Of a stretch of DNA of 64,000 bases, positions 48,984 through 61,042 are shown piece after piece. Location: contig DAHVLZ010000009.1 of NCBI GenBank assembly GCA_027320085.1, positions 288,001-352,000 of the forward strand, given 5' to 3'. The notes under the pieces are model-generated. The model saw nothing but the letters and a program-made list of their open reading frames with translations, had not been told where the DNA came from and did not search any database. This DNA is from Pseudomonadota bacterium (GTDB lineage: Bacteria; Pseudomonadota; Gammaproteobacteria; JAKAQQ01). The first letter of the stretch is position 1. Each line of letters starts with the position of its first letter. The translations under genes and the position numbers were made by a program.

Positions 48984-51050
48984 TTAGAGGAGTGTCAAAA
49001 GCACATCAATCAGCTTGATGCCGATAAATGGGGCAATGATTCCCCCAAGACCGTAGATCCAGACGTTGCGCCGGAGAATACGCTGGGCAGAGTCCGCCTT
49101 GAATTTAATTCCCTTGAGCGCCAGGGGGATCAGCAGAGGGATGATGAGGGCATTGAAAATCACTGCAGCCAATATTGCGCGCTGGGGAGAACTCAGGTCC
49201 ATGATGTTGAGTGCTTCCAATTGGGGGTAAGTAGATACAAACGCAGCAGGGATAATGGCAAAGTATTTCGCCACATCATTTGCCACACTAAAGGTGGTAA
49301 GGGCACCCCGGGTCATCAGCAGCTGCTTGCCGATCTGGACGATTTCAAGTAGCTTCGTCGGGTTTGAGTCTAAATCCACCATATTGGCAGCTTCGCGAGC
49401 AGCCTGAGTTCCGCTGGCCATACATAACCCGACATCGGCTTGGGCCAGCGCTGGCGCGTCATTGGTCCCATCGCCTGTCATGGCCAGCATATAGCCCTCT
49501 CCCTGGTACTTCCGAATGCAGGACAGCTTGGTCTCCGGCTTGGCCTCGGCAAGAAAGTCATCCACACCGGCTTCTGCGGCAATGGAGGCGGCCGTCAGGG
49601 GATTATCTCCGGTAATCATGATTGTACGGATTCCCATTTCACGCAACTCGGCAAAGCGCGCCTTGATGTCGCCCTTGACGATATCCTTAAGTTCAACAAC
49701 GCCCAAGGTTCGTTGGTCCTCACAAACCACAAGCGGGGTAGCTCCACGGCCTGCAATTCGCTCTATCGTGGCAGCAAGGTCATCCGGCCAAGAGCCGCCT
49801 TGCAAGCTCACCCACTGTCTCATCGAGTCAGGCGCCCCCTTGCGCAACCTGATCTCTCCCCAGTCCATCCCGCTCATGCGGGTTTCGGCGCTGAATGCAA
49901 TCTGCTTTGCATCGTCAGGTATTGGATCCTCACGATCAGCTAATCTTCTTTGTGCCAGAGCCACGATGCTTTTCCCCTCTGGAGTCTCATCTGCCACTGA
50001 AGCTCGCCGAGCCGCAGTGGCCAGCTGCTCTTCGGTGACGCCCACAACGGGGTAGAACGCGGTGGCCTCTCGATTGCCGAAAGTAATCGTTCCGGTTTTG
50101 TCGAGCAGTAGTACATCGACGTCTCCGGCTGCTTCGATCGAACGACCAGATGTGGCGACGACATTAGCCCGTAGCAGACGCATGATGCCGGCAATCCCGA
50201 TCGCTGGAAGTAAAGCACCGATGGTCGTTGGGATCAAGCAAACCAGGAGGGCAACCAGAACCGTAATACTGATCACATGGCCTGAATGGGCAGCATAGTG
50301 AACGCTATACCAAGAGAAAGGGTAGAGGCTCAGGGTCACTACAAGGAATACGAGGGTCAAAACAGCCAGAAGGATGCTTAGGGCTATTTCGTTGGGCGTC
50401 TTGCGGCGCGAGGCCCCCTCCACCATCGCAATCATTCTGTCCAGGAAGGAATTTCCAGCCTCACCAGTCACCCGGACGATCAGCCAATCGGAAATCACAC
50501 GAGTGCCACCGGTCACGGCACTGTGATCTCCCCCACCTTCACGGATCACAGGGGCACTCTCACCGGTGATTGCACTTTCGTCCACGGCAGCGACACCGAG
50601 CAAAGCCTCTCCATCGGCCGGGAGAATGTCACCTGCCTCGACCAGGATGAAGTCCCCCCTTTTAAGACTGGCCCCTGCAACTTCTCGACAAGCGGCCCCG
50701 AAGACCGGCTGGGCGAGCTTCTTGGCCCGTACTTCCTGTCGGGTCTGTCTCAGGCTGTTGGCCTGTGCCTGACCCTGACGTTCTGCCAAAGCTTCGGCAA
50801 AATTGGCAAACAAAAGGGTCAGCCACAACCAGAGATCGATGACGCCAGTGAACAGAGTTCCGGTGGAATGTCCCATGAGATCATGGACAAAAAGTGCCAA
50901 AAGCAGCCACGAACCGATGTAAACGACGAACATCACTGGGTTGTGCCACTGCTTCCATGGCGTCAGCATGCGTACGCTATCTCCCAAGGCTCCCCGGATC
51001 TGCTGTTCCCAGCCCAGTCGTGGAGCCTGATGTGTTCGCATTGAATTCAT
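48984..51050 (-). CDS. kdpB: K+-transporting P-type ATPase subunit B
   Basis: [34 protein letters not shown]. Confidence 0.99.
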   Translation of the reverse strand: MNSMRTHQAPRLGWEQQIRGALGDSVRMLTPWKQWHNPVMFVVYIGSWLLLALFVHDLMGHSTGTLFTGVIDLWLWLTLLFANFAEALAERQGQAQANSLRQTRQEVRAKKLAQPVFGAACREVAGASLKRGDFILVEAGDILPADGEALLGVAAVDESAITGESAPVIREGGGDHSAVTGGTRVISDWLIVRVTGEAGNSFLDRMIAMVEGASRRKTPNEIALSILLAVLTLVFLVVTLSLYPFSWYSVHYAAHSGHVISITVLVALLVCLIPTTIGALLPAIGIAGIMRLLRANVVATSGRSIEAAGDVDVLLLDKTGTITFGNREATAFYPVVGVTEEQLATAARRASVADETPEGKSIVALAQRRLADREDPIPDDAKQIAFSAETRMSGMDWGEIRLRKGAPDSMRQWVSLQGGSWPDDLAATIERIAGRGATPLVVCEDQRTLGVVELKDIVKGDIKARFAELREMGIRTIMITGDNPLTAASIAAEAGVDDFLAEAKPETKLSCIRKYQGEGYMLAMTGDGTNDAPALAQADVGLCMASGTQAAREAANMVDLDSNPTKLLEIVQIGKQLLMTRGALTTFSVANDVAKYFAIIPAAFVSTYPQLEALNIMDLSSPQRAILAAVIFNALIIPLLIPLALKGIKFKADSAQRILRRNVWIYGLGGIIAPFIGIKLIDVLLTLL

Positions 51051-51059
51051 CGACCAACC

Positions 51060-52817
51060 TCATCGAATCAGGAAGTGAGACGCTATCGGTGCCAATTGTT
51101 CTGCAATAGGTCCCAGTGCCAGGGCGGGAAAGAAATTAAGTGCACCGAACAAGAGAATCACACCCACCAACAAGCTGACGAAAATGGGAGTGTGCGTCAC
51201 GAGGGTACCAGCACCCACCGGTACCTTCTGTTTTCTGGCCAAGGAGCCGGCCATCGCCAACAAGGGGAGATAGGACCAATAGCGACCGACCAACATGCAA
51301 AAAGCGGTGAGCAGATTGTAAAACCGCGTATCGCTGCTGAGGCCTCCAAAGGCGCTGCCATTATTGTTGGCTGGGCTGGTGATCGCGTACAGTATCTCAC
51401 TGAACCCGTGTGCACCTGGGTTGAACACTCCGGCACGTCCTGCCGATGAAGTGACGGCAATTGCAGTTCCAACCAGAACCAAAAGTGGCATGACCAGAAT
51501 CGACAAAGAGGCCATTTTTGTTTCGAAAGACTCGATTTTCTTACCGAGAAATTCCGGCGTCCGCCCCACCATCAGTCCGCCTAGGAAAACGGCGAAGATC
51601 ATGAAGGCCAACATGGTCGCTAGGCCTGTTCCCACACCACCAAAAACCGTTTCACCCATTTGCATAAAGAAAAGATTGATTCCGCCAGACAATGGCATCA
51701 GTGAGTCATAGGCGGAATTGGCTGCCCCAGTTGACGTTGCGGTTGCAAGGCTGGCAAAGAGAGCAGAGCCACCAGCTCCAAAGCGATCTTCCACGCCCTC
51801 CAAATTCCCTCCCCCCGCCAAGGCCGGCCGATTCGACTGCGCAACATGGAGTGCAGCCAGTCGGGGATTGCCCGCGAGTTCGAAATGCTCACTGGCCAAA
51901 GTCAGCGGAACGAATAATACCAACATGGCCGCGAGAATGGCCCACGCGGTGCGTCGCGACTGAGCCATGTAACCGAACAGAAAAACCAATGCCGTTGGAA
52001 TCAGAATCACTGCTACCATCTGTAGCAAATTAGTGAGTGCGGTTGGGTTCTCGAAGGGATGGGCAGCATTGGCGTTAAAGAACCCACCTCCATTATTACC
52101 AAGCACCATGATCGCCTCCTGTGAGGCCACCGGGCCCAGCGCGATTACTTGGCGAAAAATCTTCCTTCCATTCCAGTCGAAGGGATTAATCAAGTGGGCA
52201 TGGATATAAGGCGCCAGTGTCTGGACAACACCCTGCTCCATGAAAATGAGTCCTAACAAGACAGATAACGGCATGAGCACATAGAGTACCGTGCGGGTCA
52301 GATCTACCCAGAAGTTCCCTAAACAATCCGTTTTCTCACGGACCAGACCCCGAATGATGGGCAGAACCAAGGTGATCCCCACTGCCGCCGAGAGAAAGTT
52401 CTGGACAGTCAAACCCATCATTTGAGCGAGGTACCCTAAAGTCGATTCACCGGCATAATCCTGCCAGTTGGTGTTGGTCAAAAAGCTGACAGCGGTATTG
52501 AAAGCTGATCCTGCCGGCACTCCCGGGAAGTGCTCAGGATTCAAAGGAAGAGAGCCCTGCAACAGAAGCAAACCGTACAGGAAAAGTCCGCCCAACAAGT
52601 TGAACAGTAGGAGGGTAATGGCGTAACGTTTCCAGTCCATTTCCTCTGTTGGGCAAATCCTGGACACCTTGTAAAGTGCGCTTTCAACCGGACCCAGTAT
52701 CTTCCTAGCCCAAAACTGCTCGCCGGAATAGGCCCGGTGCATGTAATGCGCGAGTGGCACGGCCAACGTGATTGCGATGACCAGTACCGTTACGGTCAAC
52801 ACTATGGACTGCATCAT
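51060..52817 (-). CDS. kdpA: K+-transporting ATPase subunit A
   Basis: SFLTNTNWQ, NGGGFFNANAAHPFENPT, GRTPEFLGKKI, NNGSAF. Confidence 0.99.
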   Translation of the reverse strand: MMQSIVLTVTVLVIAITLAVPLAHYMHRAYSGEQFWARKILGPVESALYKVSRICPTEEMDWKRYAITLLLFNLLGGLFLYGLLLLQGSLPLNPEHFPGVPAGSAFNTAVSFLTNTNWQDYAGESTLGYLAQMMGLTVQNFLSAAVGITLVLPIIRGLVREKTDCLGNFWVDLTRTVLYVLMPLSVLLGLIFMEQGVVQTLAPYIHAHLINPFDWNGRKIFRQVIALGPVASQEAIMVLGNNGGGFFNANAAHPFENPTALTNLLQMVAVILIPTALVFLFGYMAQSRRTAWAILAAMLVLFVPLTLASEHFELAGNPRLAALHVAQSNRPALAGGGNLEGVEDRFGAGGSALFASLATATSTGAANSAYDSLMPLSGGINLFFMQMGETVFGGVGTGLATMLAFMIFAVFLGGLMVGRTPEFLGKKIESFETKMASLSILVMPLLVLVGTAIAVTSSAGRAGVFNPGAHGFSEILYAITSPANNNGSAFGGLSSDTRFYNLLTAFCMLVGRYWSYLPLLAMAGSLARKQKVPVGAGTLVTHTPIFVSLLVGVILLFGALNFFPALALGPIAEQLAPIASHFLIR

Positions 52818-52906
52818 AAAAAGCGTTCCGGATCAATCAGAAAAACCAGAAGATAAATACAGAGCCCAATACCGATGACTAAACTGATCCCGGCAAAAAG
52901 CTTCAT
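52814..52906 (-). CDS. kdpF: KdpF small subunit (30 aa, absent from the ORF track)
   Basis: Hand translation MKLFAGISLVIGIGLCIYLLVFLIDPERFL with the PERF signature; GAGGAG RBS; ATGA overlap with kdpA. Confidence 0.9.
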   Translation of the reverse strand: MKLFAGISLVIGIGLCIYLLVFLIDPERFL

Positions 52907-52995
52907 TTTCTTCTCCTCAATCGATCCAGCATTTGGACCATGACGATGGACAAGGGGAAAAATCCCAGCAGGACGAGCGTATAGATGACATTCAT
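52903..52995 (-). CDS. Small hydrophobic peptide upstream of kdpF (30 aa)
   Basis: MNVIYTLVLLGFFPLSIVMVQMLDRLRRRK; single TM plus basic tail; ATGA overlap with kdpF. Confidence 0.68.
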   Translation of the reverse strand: MNVIYTLVLLGFFPLSIVMVQMLDRLRRRK

Positions 52996-53176
52996 GTTTA
53001 TTACGGATGAGCCTTGCGAGCCCCTGCTCCCCACATTAGATGGATAGGTGCGCGTTGATGTAGCGGATAACGTGTCCGACTCAAAACTAGAACTGACACA
53101 AATATCCTCCCATGCCATACAGGCGCCAATATAAACCCGTGATTTCAATATCGGATGCAAAAAAGAGGTGGCGCGG

Positions 53177-53193
53177 CGTAAAAATTCCGTAAA
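53177..53193 (-). promoter_or_regulatory. KdpE-type binding site
   Basis: Minus strand TTTACG-GAATT-TTTACG followed by CCGCGCC, like E. coli TTTATA-N5-TTTACA-CCCCGCC; -10-like TATATT at 53128-53133. Confidence 0.68.
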
Positions 53194-53447
53194 GACGGAA
53201 GGTTGAATGGTCCAGGTCGTGTTTGTGATCCAACTGAAGGCCACAGGACCATGTGCGACACTGTGATTATTTGGTGCTTTTGTCGCCGATAGGCTTACCA
53301 ACCAAAACTCGAGAATCATGGACCCATGTGATCCAACGCTCTCCCCCCATCGTGCTTATCTTCGCCCCGATAGATTGTTTCTATAATTTTGGTTCAGAAC
53401 AAACCGGGCACGCGTTTGGATGGTGGGGCAACCCAAACAGGGTACTG

Positions 53448-53481
53448 CAGTCCTTGCACAACGCAACTCGGCAAGGCACTG
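53448..53481 (-). terminator. Hairpin directly after the glmS stop
   Basis: CAGT(G)CCTTGC and GCAAGGACTG arms; no clear U-tract. Confidence 0.35.
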
Positions 53482-53484
53482 AAT

Positions 53485-55335
53485 CTACTCGACCGTAACC
53501 GACTTGGCGAGGTTGCGTGGCTGATCGACATCATGTTTACGTAGAACAGCCACATGGTAAGCCAGCAACTGCAGAGGTAACGTATAGGCAATAGGAGATG
53601 AAAACTCGCCCGGAACCTCGGGAAGACGAAGTACGTGGACATTTTCCCCCACTGGAAGTTCCAGTCCGGGATCCACCAACAGGAACAGGTGACCATTGCG
53701 CGCGCGGATGACCTCGAGATTGGACCTGAGCTTATCCGTGAGAAAGTTGTCCGGCACAAGACCGATGACCGCCATCCTTGAATCGATCAAAGCCAGCGGG
53801 CCGTGCTTCAGTTCACCCGCAGGATAGCTCTCTGCCTGGATATAGGCGATTTCCTTGAGCTTGAGTGCCCCTTCCCGAGCAATTGGATCATGGACGCCAC
53901 GGGCGACATATAAGGCATGATCGTATCTGGTCAGCAACCGAGCCCATTCATTTACTACGGGATCCAACTCAAGCAGCTTTTCCAGAAGGACGGGGAGATG
54001 CCTCAACTCCTTCACAGCCCGTCTTTCCATCTCCTCCTCTAAAAGACCCTTTGACTTGGCGAGCCCCAGACTCAGCCAAAAAAGCAATGTGAGCTGGGTC
54101 ACAAACGCCTTGGTAGAGGCCACCCCGATTTCGGGGCCTGCCCGGGTCAAGAGACCGAGTTCGGCTTCACGCATCATGGCACTTTCAGCAACATTACAGA
54201 GTGCCAAGCGGCCGGCGTATGGGAGTGTCTTGGCCCGACGGAAAGCCGCTAGCGTATCTGCCGTCTCGCCAGATTGCGAAATCCCAACGAGTAGAGTGTG
54301 TTCCTGCAAACAGAGGGGGCGATACCGGTATTCGCTCGCAATCTCAACGGAAACCGGCACCTGAGCCAGTTTCTCGATCCAGTGACGGGCCACGAGCCCG
54401 GCATGATAACTGGAGCCGCACGCAACAATATGAACGGCCTTTACTTTCGGCAGAATTTCACGGGTCTGGTAGCCTAGGGCAGATTCCAGAACATGTTCGC
54501 CGGAGATCCTCTGTTCCAGAGTCTCCGTGACCGCACGTGGCTGCTCGTGAATTTCCTTCAACATGAAATGGCGAAAAGTTCCCCGTTCGGCAGCATCTGC
54601 CGATAATGAGACTCGCGTTGGATGGCGTTCGACCGGGATTCCAGCTCCAGACCAAATGCGACAAGGCGGCTGGCCACCCTTGGGGACACGCAACTCGGAG
54701 ACCTCGTGGTCTTCGAGAAAAAGAAAATCCTGAGTCAGAGGCAAAAGGGCAGTCACGTCAGAAGCAACGAAGGTTGCCCCTTCCCCGAACCCAATGACCA
54801 TGGGGCAACCCATCCGCAATGTGACCAGCACGTCAGGGGACTGTTCATCCAGAACTAAAAGTGCATACGCTCCCGTCAGGCGACGCTGGACTTCAATCAT
54901 GGTGGACCGAAGATCCGGATGTTCCTGCCGGATGGCGTGGATGAGGTGGACCACCGTCTCGGTATCGGTATCTGATTCGAAGTGGTATCCTCGGGATTTG
55001 AGCTGGTGTTTCAGAGACTCGTGATTTTCGATAATGCCGTTATGGACGAGTGCGATTCCCTCTGAACGGTGAGGATGGGCATTGGCCTCCGAGGGTGCCC
55101 CATGAGTGGCCCAACGCGTATGGGCAATCCCAACAGAACCGGAGCAAGGATGCTGACTGATCTCATCTGCCAGAAGGGCGACCTTACCCTGTCGGCGACG
55201 CCGGGCAAGCTGGTGCTTCCCATCGAGCACAGCGAGACCGGCTGAGTCGTAGCCTCGGTATTCCAATCGTTTCAATCCCTCCAGAAGAACCGGAACGACA
55301 TCATCCGTGGAAATAGCTCCGATAATCCCGCACAT
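53485..55335 (-). CDS. glmS: Glutamine--fructose-6-phosphate aminotransferase
   Basis: MCGIIG, LEYRGYDSAG, HTRWATHG, SQSGETADT, PRNLAKSVTVE. Confidence 0.99.
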   Translation of the reverse strand: MCGIIGAISTDDVVPVLLEGLKRLEYRGYDSAGLAVLDGKHQLARRRRQGKVALLADEISQHPCSGSVGIAHTRWATHGAPSEANAHPHRSEGIALVHNGIIENHESLKHQLKSRGYHFESDTDTETVVHLIHAIRQEHPDLRSTMIEVQRRLTGAYALLVLDEQSPDVLVTLRMGCPMVIGFGEGATFVASDVTALLPLTQDFLFLEDHEVSELRVPKGGQPPCRIWSGAGIPVERHPTRVSLSADAAERGTFRHFMLKEIHEQPRAVTETLEQRISGEHVLESALGYQTREILPKVKAVHIVACGSSYHAGLVARHWIEKLAQVPVSVEIASEYRYRPLCLQEHTLLVGISQSGETADTLAAFRRAKTLPYAGRLALCNVAESAMMREAELGLLTRAGPEIGVASTKAFVTQLTLLFWLSLGLAKSKGLLEEEMERRAVKELRHLPVLLEKLLELDPVVNEWARLLTRYDHALYVARGVHDPIAREGALKLKEIAYIQAESYPAGELKHGPLALIDSRMAVIGLVPDNFLTDKLRSNLEVIRARNGHLFLLVDPGLELPVGENVHVLRLPEVPGEFSSPIAYTLPLQLLAYHVAVLRKHDVDQPRNLAKSVTVE

Positions 55336-55337
55336 AA

Positions 55338-56720
55338 CTAGGATTTCTTCCCCGGCCGTTTCCAGTGAGGAATACTCTTCTGATCGTTACGGGACAGTGT
55401 CAGCTGGTCAGGAGGCGTATCTCTGACGACGGTCGTCCCAGCAGCAATGAAGGAACGCTGCCTGAGCGTTACTGGTGCAATCAACTGGCTATCACAGCCG
55501 ACGAAAACACCATCTTCAATGACCGTTGTGTGCTTTTCTGTTCCATCGTAGTTGACGGTGATAACCCCCGCCCCCAGATTGACATCATCCCCGATCTCGG
55601 CATCTCCGATGTAGGCTAAATGGTTTGCCTTGCTGTGATCACCGAGTCGGCTGTTTTTGACTTCGACGAAGTTACCGATCCGGGCATGATGGAGTAGGCG
55701 GGTTGACGGACGGATACGTGCAAATGGTCCGATACGGACATGGCTCCCGGTTTCAACTCCCTCAAGGACACAATGGGACAACACCTCTGTGCCCTCTCCC
55801 AGGCTCACATCACGCAGAATCGAATAGGGACCAATTCGCACTCCTTGACCCAGCTGGATCCGGCCTTCAAGGATCACACCGACATCGATCTCGACATCAG
55901 AGGCGGCCTCGACCGACCCACGCAGATCAAATCGTGCGGGATCCCGGATGCGCACGCCCTGACGCATCAGCACCCCAGCCAGCCGGGTCTGCAGAGTCCG
56001 TTCTGCTGTCGCGAGATCCGATGCTGAATTCACTCCCTGTGCCATCTCTGGACGGCCGAGCAGACGAGTATGAACCGGTATCCCGGCGAGGAGTGCTTCT
56101 TCAACCATATCCGTCAAATAAAACTCTCCCTGGGCATTTCGTCTCCCAATCCGCGGTAACAGCTGTGTCAAAAGCTGTCCCGAACACGCAAGTATCCCGG
56201 TGTTAACCTCACGGATTGCGCGCGTCGTATCATCGGAAAGATCAGCTTCTTCGACAACACAACGGATCCGACCCTGTGCATCGCGGACTATCCGTCCATA
56301 CCCACCCGGATCTGCTCTTTCCGTTGTCAGGAGTGCCAAGGCGGGCTGTTCCACGGCTTCGAGCAGAAGCTTGAGATCACCCGCTTCGAGAAGAGGTACG
56401 TCTCCGTAGAGTACAAGCACGCTGGGGTCACCAGTCACGTCTGCTACGGCCAGTCCCAGTGCATGTGCAGTACCGAGCGGTTCCGGCTGGTCCACAAACC
56501 GGATTCCGCTTTCTCCGAAGCGAGAACGGATTGCTGCCCCCCCCACACCCGTCACAACCCGGATCTCATCCGGATTGAGTGACCGAGCGGTCTCGAGGAC
56601 CCAATCCAAGAGCGGGCGTCCTGCCAGTTCATGAAGCACCTTAGGACGAGACGAGCGCATCCGCGTCCCAGCTCCCGCGGCCAAGACCACGACTAAAAGC
56701 CTATGTGATGTGGCCTTCAC
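55338..56720 (-). CDS. glmU: Bifunctional UDP-GlcNAc pyrophosphorylase/acetyltransferase
   Basis: LAAGAGTRM..PKVLH, GYGRIVR, EFYLTD, GNFVEVK, NYDG. Confidence 0.98.
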   Translation of the reverse strand: MKATSHRLLVVVLAAGAGTRMRSSRPKVLHELAGRPLLDWVLETARSLNPDEIRVVTGVGGAAIRSRFGESGIRFVDQPEPLGTAHALGLAVADVTGDPSVLVLYGDVPLLEAGDLKLLLEAVEQPALALLTTERADPGGYGRIVRDAQGRIRCVVEEADLSDDTTRAIREVNTGILACSGQLLTQLLPRIGRRNAQGEFYLTDMVEEALLAGIPVHTRLLGRPEMAQGVNSASDLATAERTLQTRLAGVLMRQGVRIRDPARFDLRGSVEAASDVEIDVGVILEGRIQLGQGVRIGPYSILRDVSLGEGTEVLSHCVLEGVETGSHVRIGPFARIRPSTRLLHHARIGNFVEVKNSRLGDHSKANHLAYIGDAEIGDDVNLGAGVITVNYDGTEKHTTVIEDGVFVGCDSQLIAPVTLRQRSFIAAGTTVVRDTPPDQLTLSRNDQKSIPHWKRPGKKS

Positions 56721-56769
56721 GGCCGTGGGCAGGCTTTCTTGGGAAACCCAGATCGCCCCAAATCTCCGT

Positions 56770-57195
56770 TCACCGCAGCTGTCCCCGCTTCCTCAGGCGA
56801 TCAAGGACCCTCAGCCTTTCGGTCATTTCGGCCAGTTCGGCTTCAGCACGCGCCACATCGACAGACTCAGCACTTGAGGCGAGAAAGGTCTCAGCTGCCA
56901 GCTTAGCTTCGCGTGTCTTGGCTTCATCAATCTCGGATGTGCGTATGAAACTGTTCGCCAGAACCATAACCTGATGGGGCTGGACCTCGAGCAGACCGCC
57001 GGACACAAACAGTGAGAGAGTTTCCGTTGGAGTCTGGATCCGCAACTCGCCAGCCTTGAGGCGAGTCAATAGGGGCGCATGACGTGGAGCGATACCGACC
57101 TCGCCGAGCTCTGCCGGAGCAAAGACCATCTCGGCCTCCCCAGAGTAAATCGGGGATTCGAGGCTGACGACATCCACCTGCATCACCATACCCAT
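56770..57195 (-). CDS. atpC: ATP synthase epsilon subunit
   Basis: VDVVSLE, GEVGIAPRHAPLL, VSGGLLEVQP. Confidence 0.97.
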   Translation of the reverse strand: MGMVMQVDVVSLESPIYSGEAEMVFAPAELGEVGIAPRHAPLLTRLKAGELRIQTPTETLSLFVSGGLLEVQPHQVMVLANSFIRTSEIDEAKTREAKLAAETFLASSAESVDVARAEAELAEMTERLRVLDRLRKRGQLR

Positions 57196-57201
57196 ACGAG
57201 T

Positions 57202-58587
<1,386 letters not shown>

Positions 58588-58602
58588 TCACGGATGAAGT
58601 CA

Positions 58603-59466
58603 CTAGACAGCGGCAGCCCCACCAACAATTTCGGCAATTTCACGGGTAATAGCCGCCTGACGGGCCTTGTTGTAGGCCAGTTTCAAGGTTTCAATTAGGG
58701 TACTTGCATTTTCCGAAGCGTTCTTCATGGCGACCATGCGGGCTGCCTGCTCAGAGGCAATGTTCTCGAGAAGCCCTTGGTAGGTCTCCGCCTCAAGATA
58801 GCGGGTTAGCCATGTGTCAATGAGATCGATGCTGTCCGGCTCGTACAGGTAGTCCCAATGGTCGGCCAGACCGGGGTCCCGCTGGACGGGTATCGGCAGG
58901 AGAGTCACCAAGTGAGGCTTTTGGATCATTGTGTTCTGGAAGTAATTGAAAGCCAGAACTAGACGGTCGATATGACCCTGTCGGTAATCCTCGAGCAGTA
59001 CGCGTAAAGGTCCGATCACATTTTCCGGAGAAGGGCGGTCGCCCAGATGCGTGACCGACGCTACGAGTGTTGCATCCAAGCGCCTGAGGCCAGTCAATGC
59101 CTTTTGTCCGATTGCCGCAAAGCGGATGGAAATGTCCTGCTTATTAAAGATTCGGACCTCGTTCCAGACCGTGCGGATCAGGTTGATGTTGAGTCCACCA
59201 CACAGGCCACGGTCGGTCCCGATCACAAGAAAACCCACTCCACGTACCGCAGTCCTCGGCAGCAGGAAAGGATGGGGGAACTCGGGGCGGAGAACGGCCA
59301 GGTGACTGGTCACCTGGCGGATCCGATCAAGATAGGGACGACTGGCCTGCATCCGTGCTTGAACCCGCCGGATCTTGCTCGCAGCCACCATCTCCATCGC
59401 CCGCGTGATCTTGCGGGTACTTTCGATGCTTCGAATTTGCGTCCTGATTTCTTTGGTGCCGGCCAT
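58603..59466 (-). CDS. atpG: ATP synthase gamma subunit
   Basis: KITRAMEMVAASK, DRGLCGG, ARMVAMKNA, RQAAITREI. Confidence 0.99.
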   Translation of the reverse strand: MAGTKEIRTQIRSIESTRKITRAMEMVAASKIRRVQARMQASRPYLDRIRQVTSHLAVLRPEFPHPFLLPRTAVRGVGFLVIGTDRGLCGGLNINLIRTVWNEVRIFNKQDISIRFAAIGQKALTGLRRLDATLVASVTHLGDRPSPENVIGPLRVLLEDYRQGHIDRLVLAFNYFQNTMIQKPHLVTLLPIPVQRDPGLADHWDYLYEPDSIDLIDTWLTRYLEAETYQGLLENIASEQAARMVAMKNASENASTLIETLKLAYNKARQAAITREIAEIVGGAAAV

Positions 59467-59469
59467 CTG

Positions 59470-61023
59470 TCAGCGTCCAGTTTCCTTCCGAAAACGGTTT
59501 ATGGTCTGGCGGAGACCGGAGGCCACCTTGTCGTTATAATCCCCCGTCTCATTGATCAGGGTGAAAAGTGCCGGCTCCTGTTCACGGAAAAAATCATGCA
59601 GACCACCTTCAAAGGCGCCAACCTCGGCAACGGGGATGCCATCGAGATCTCCCTCATTGACAGCAAACAGTGAAATAGCCATCTCGGCAATGGACAGGGG
59701 ACTGTATTGCTTTTGCTTCATGAGCTCTGTGACCCGCTGGCCCCGTTCCAACTGGCGCCGTGTGATTTCGTCGAGTTCTGATGCAAATTGCGAAAAGGCC
59801 GCCAGTTCCCGGTATTGGGCCAAAGCAAAACGGACTCCACCGCCCAACTTCTTGATGATTTTTGTCTGTGCGGCACCACCAACACGGGAAACGGAGAGCC
59901 CGGCATTGATTGCGGGGCGGATACCCGCGTTGAATAAATCATTCTCAAGATAAATCTGGCCATCGGTGATGGAGATGACATTGGTCGGAATGAATGCCGA
60001 AACATCTCCGGCCTGGGTCTCAATGATAGGCAGTGCCGTCAGCGACCCGGTCCGGCCCTTAACTCGCCCTCCGGTCCGCTGCTCCACTTCACGGACATTG
60101 AGGCGTGAGGCCCGTTCAAGCAGCCGGGAATGCAGATAAAACACGTCGCCGGGATAGGCTTCACGGCCGGGTGGACGTTTTAGCAGCAAGGAAATCTGCC
60201 GGTAAGCCCAAGCGTGTTTAGTAAGGTCATCGTAGATGATGAGCGCATCCTGACCCTGGTCGCGGAAATACTCGCCCATGGTGCAGCCCGCATAGGGCGC
60301 GATGAACTGCAGTGCAGCCGATTCTGCCGCTGTGGCAGCAACCACGATGGTCCGCTTGAGGACATCGTGCTCCTCCAGCTTGCGGACGACTTGTGAAACG
60401 CTTGAGGCTTTCTGTCCGATTGCCACATATACACAGAAAAGATCCGTGTGGCGCTGGTTGATGATTGTATCGAGGGCCAACGCCGTTTTCCCGGTCTGGC
60501 GGTCACCGATAATCAACTCGCGCTGTCCGCGACCGATTGGTACCATCGCGTCAATCGCTTTGAGCCCCGTTTGGACTGGCTGGGATACCGATTGACGGGC
60601 AATGACGCCCGGTGCGACTTTCTCGATCGGGGCACGGTGAACTTCGGGGAGTGGAGGCCCCCCATCCAAGGCCCGACCCAGCGGATCCACAACACGGCCG
60701 AGAAGCTCTGGACCCACTGGAACCTCGAGGATCCGACCAGTCGCCCGAACCTCTTGTCCTTCGGTCAGTTGTTCGTAGTTACCGAGAACCACTGCACCGA
60801 CAGCATCGCGTTCCAAATTGAGTGCAAGGCCCGTCCCACCATCGGGGAATTCGAGCATCTCGCCGTAGCGGACCCCGCTGAGCCCGTAAATCCTAACGAT
60901 CCCATCGGCAACGCTAACGACTGTGCCGACCTCCCGTTCATCGATACCGGCCTCGAAACGCTGGATACGTTCTCGGAGGAGGGAACTGATTTCGGCGGGG
61001 CTAAGTTGGACAGAATCACTCAT
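59470..61023 (-). CDS. atpA: ATP synthase alpha subunit
   Basis: [30 protein letters not shown]. Confidence 0.99.
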   Translation of the reverse strand: MSDSVQLSPAEISSLLRERIQRFEAGIDEREVGTVVSVADGIVRIYGLSGVRYGEMLEFPDGGTGLALNLERDAVGAVVLGNYEQLTEGQEVRATGRILEVPVGPELLGRVVDPLGRALDGGPPLPEVHRAPIEKVAPGVIARQSVSQPVQTGLKAIDAMVPIGRGQRELIIGDRQTGKTALALDTIINQRHTDLFCVYVAIGQKASSVSQVVRKLEEHDVLKRTIVVAATAAESAALQFIAPYAGCTMGEYFRDQGQDALIIYDDLTKHAWAYRQISLLLKRPPGREAYPGDVFYLHSRLLERASRLNVREVEQRTGGRVKGRTGSLTALPIIETQAGDVSAFIPTNVISITDGQIYLENDLFNAGIRPAINAGLSVSRVGGAAQTKIIKKLGGGVRFALAQYRELAAFSQFASELDEITRRQLERGQRVTELMKQKQYSPLSIAEMAISLFAVNEGDLDGIPVAEVGAFEGGLHDFFREQEPALFTLINETGDYNDKVASGLRQTINRFRKETGR

Positions 61024-61042
61024 GTAATCAACCTCTGGAATA

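Noticed and set aside
53440-53484. Tn7-like end (TGTGCAAGGAC) starting 24 nt after the glmS stop, at the attTn7 position
   Set aside because: The sequence is the second arm of an intact hairpin spanning the supposed junction. I saw no repeated TnsB sites, no matching far end with a target duplication after the kdp block, and no tns genes.
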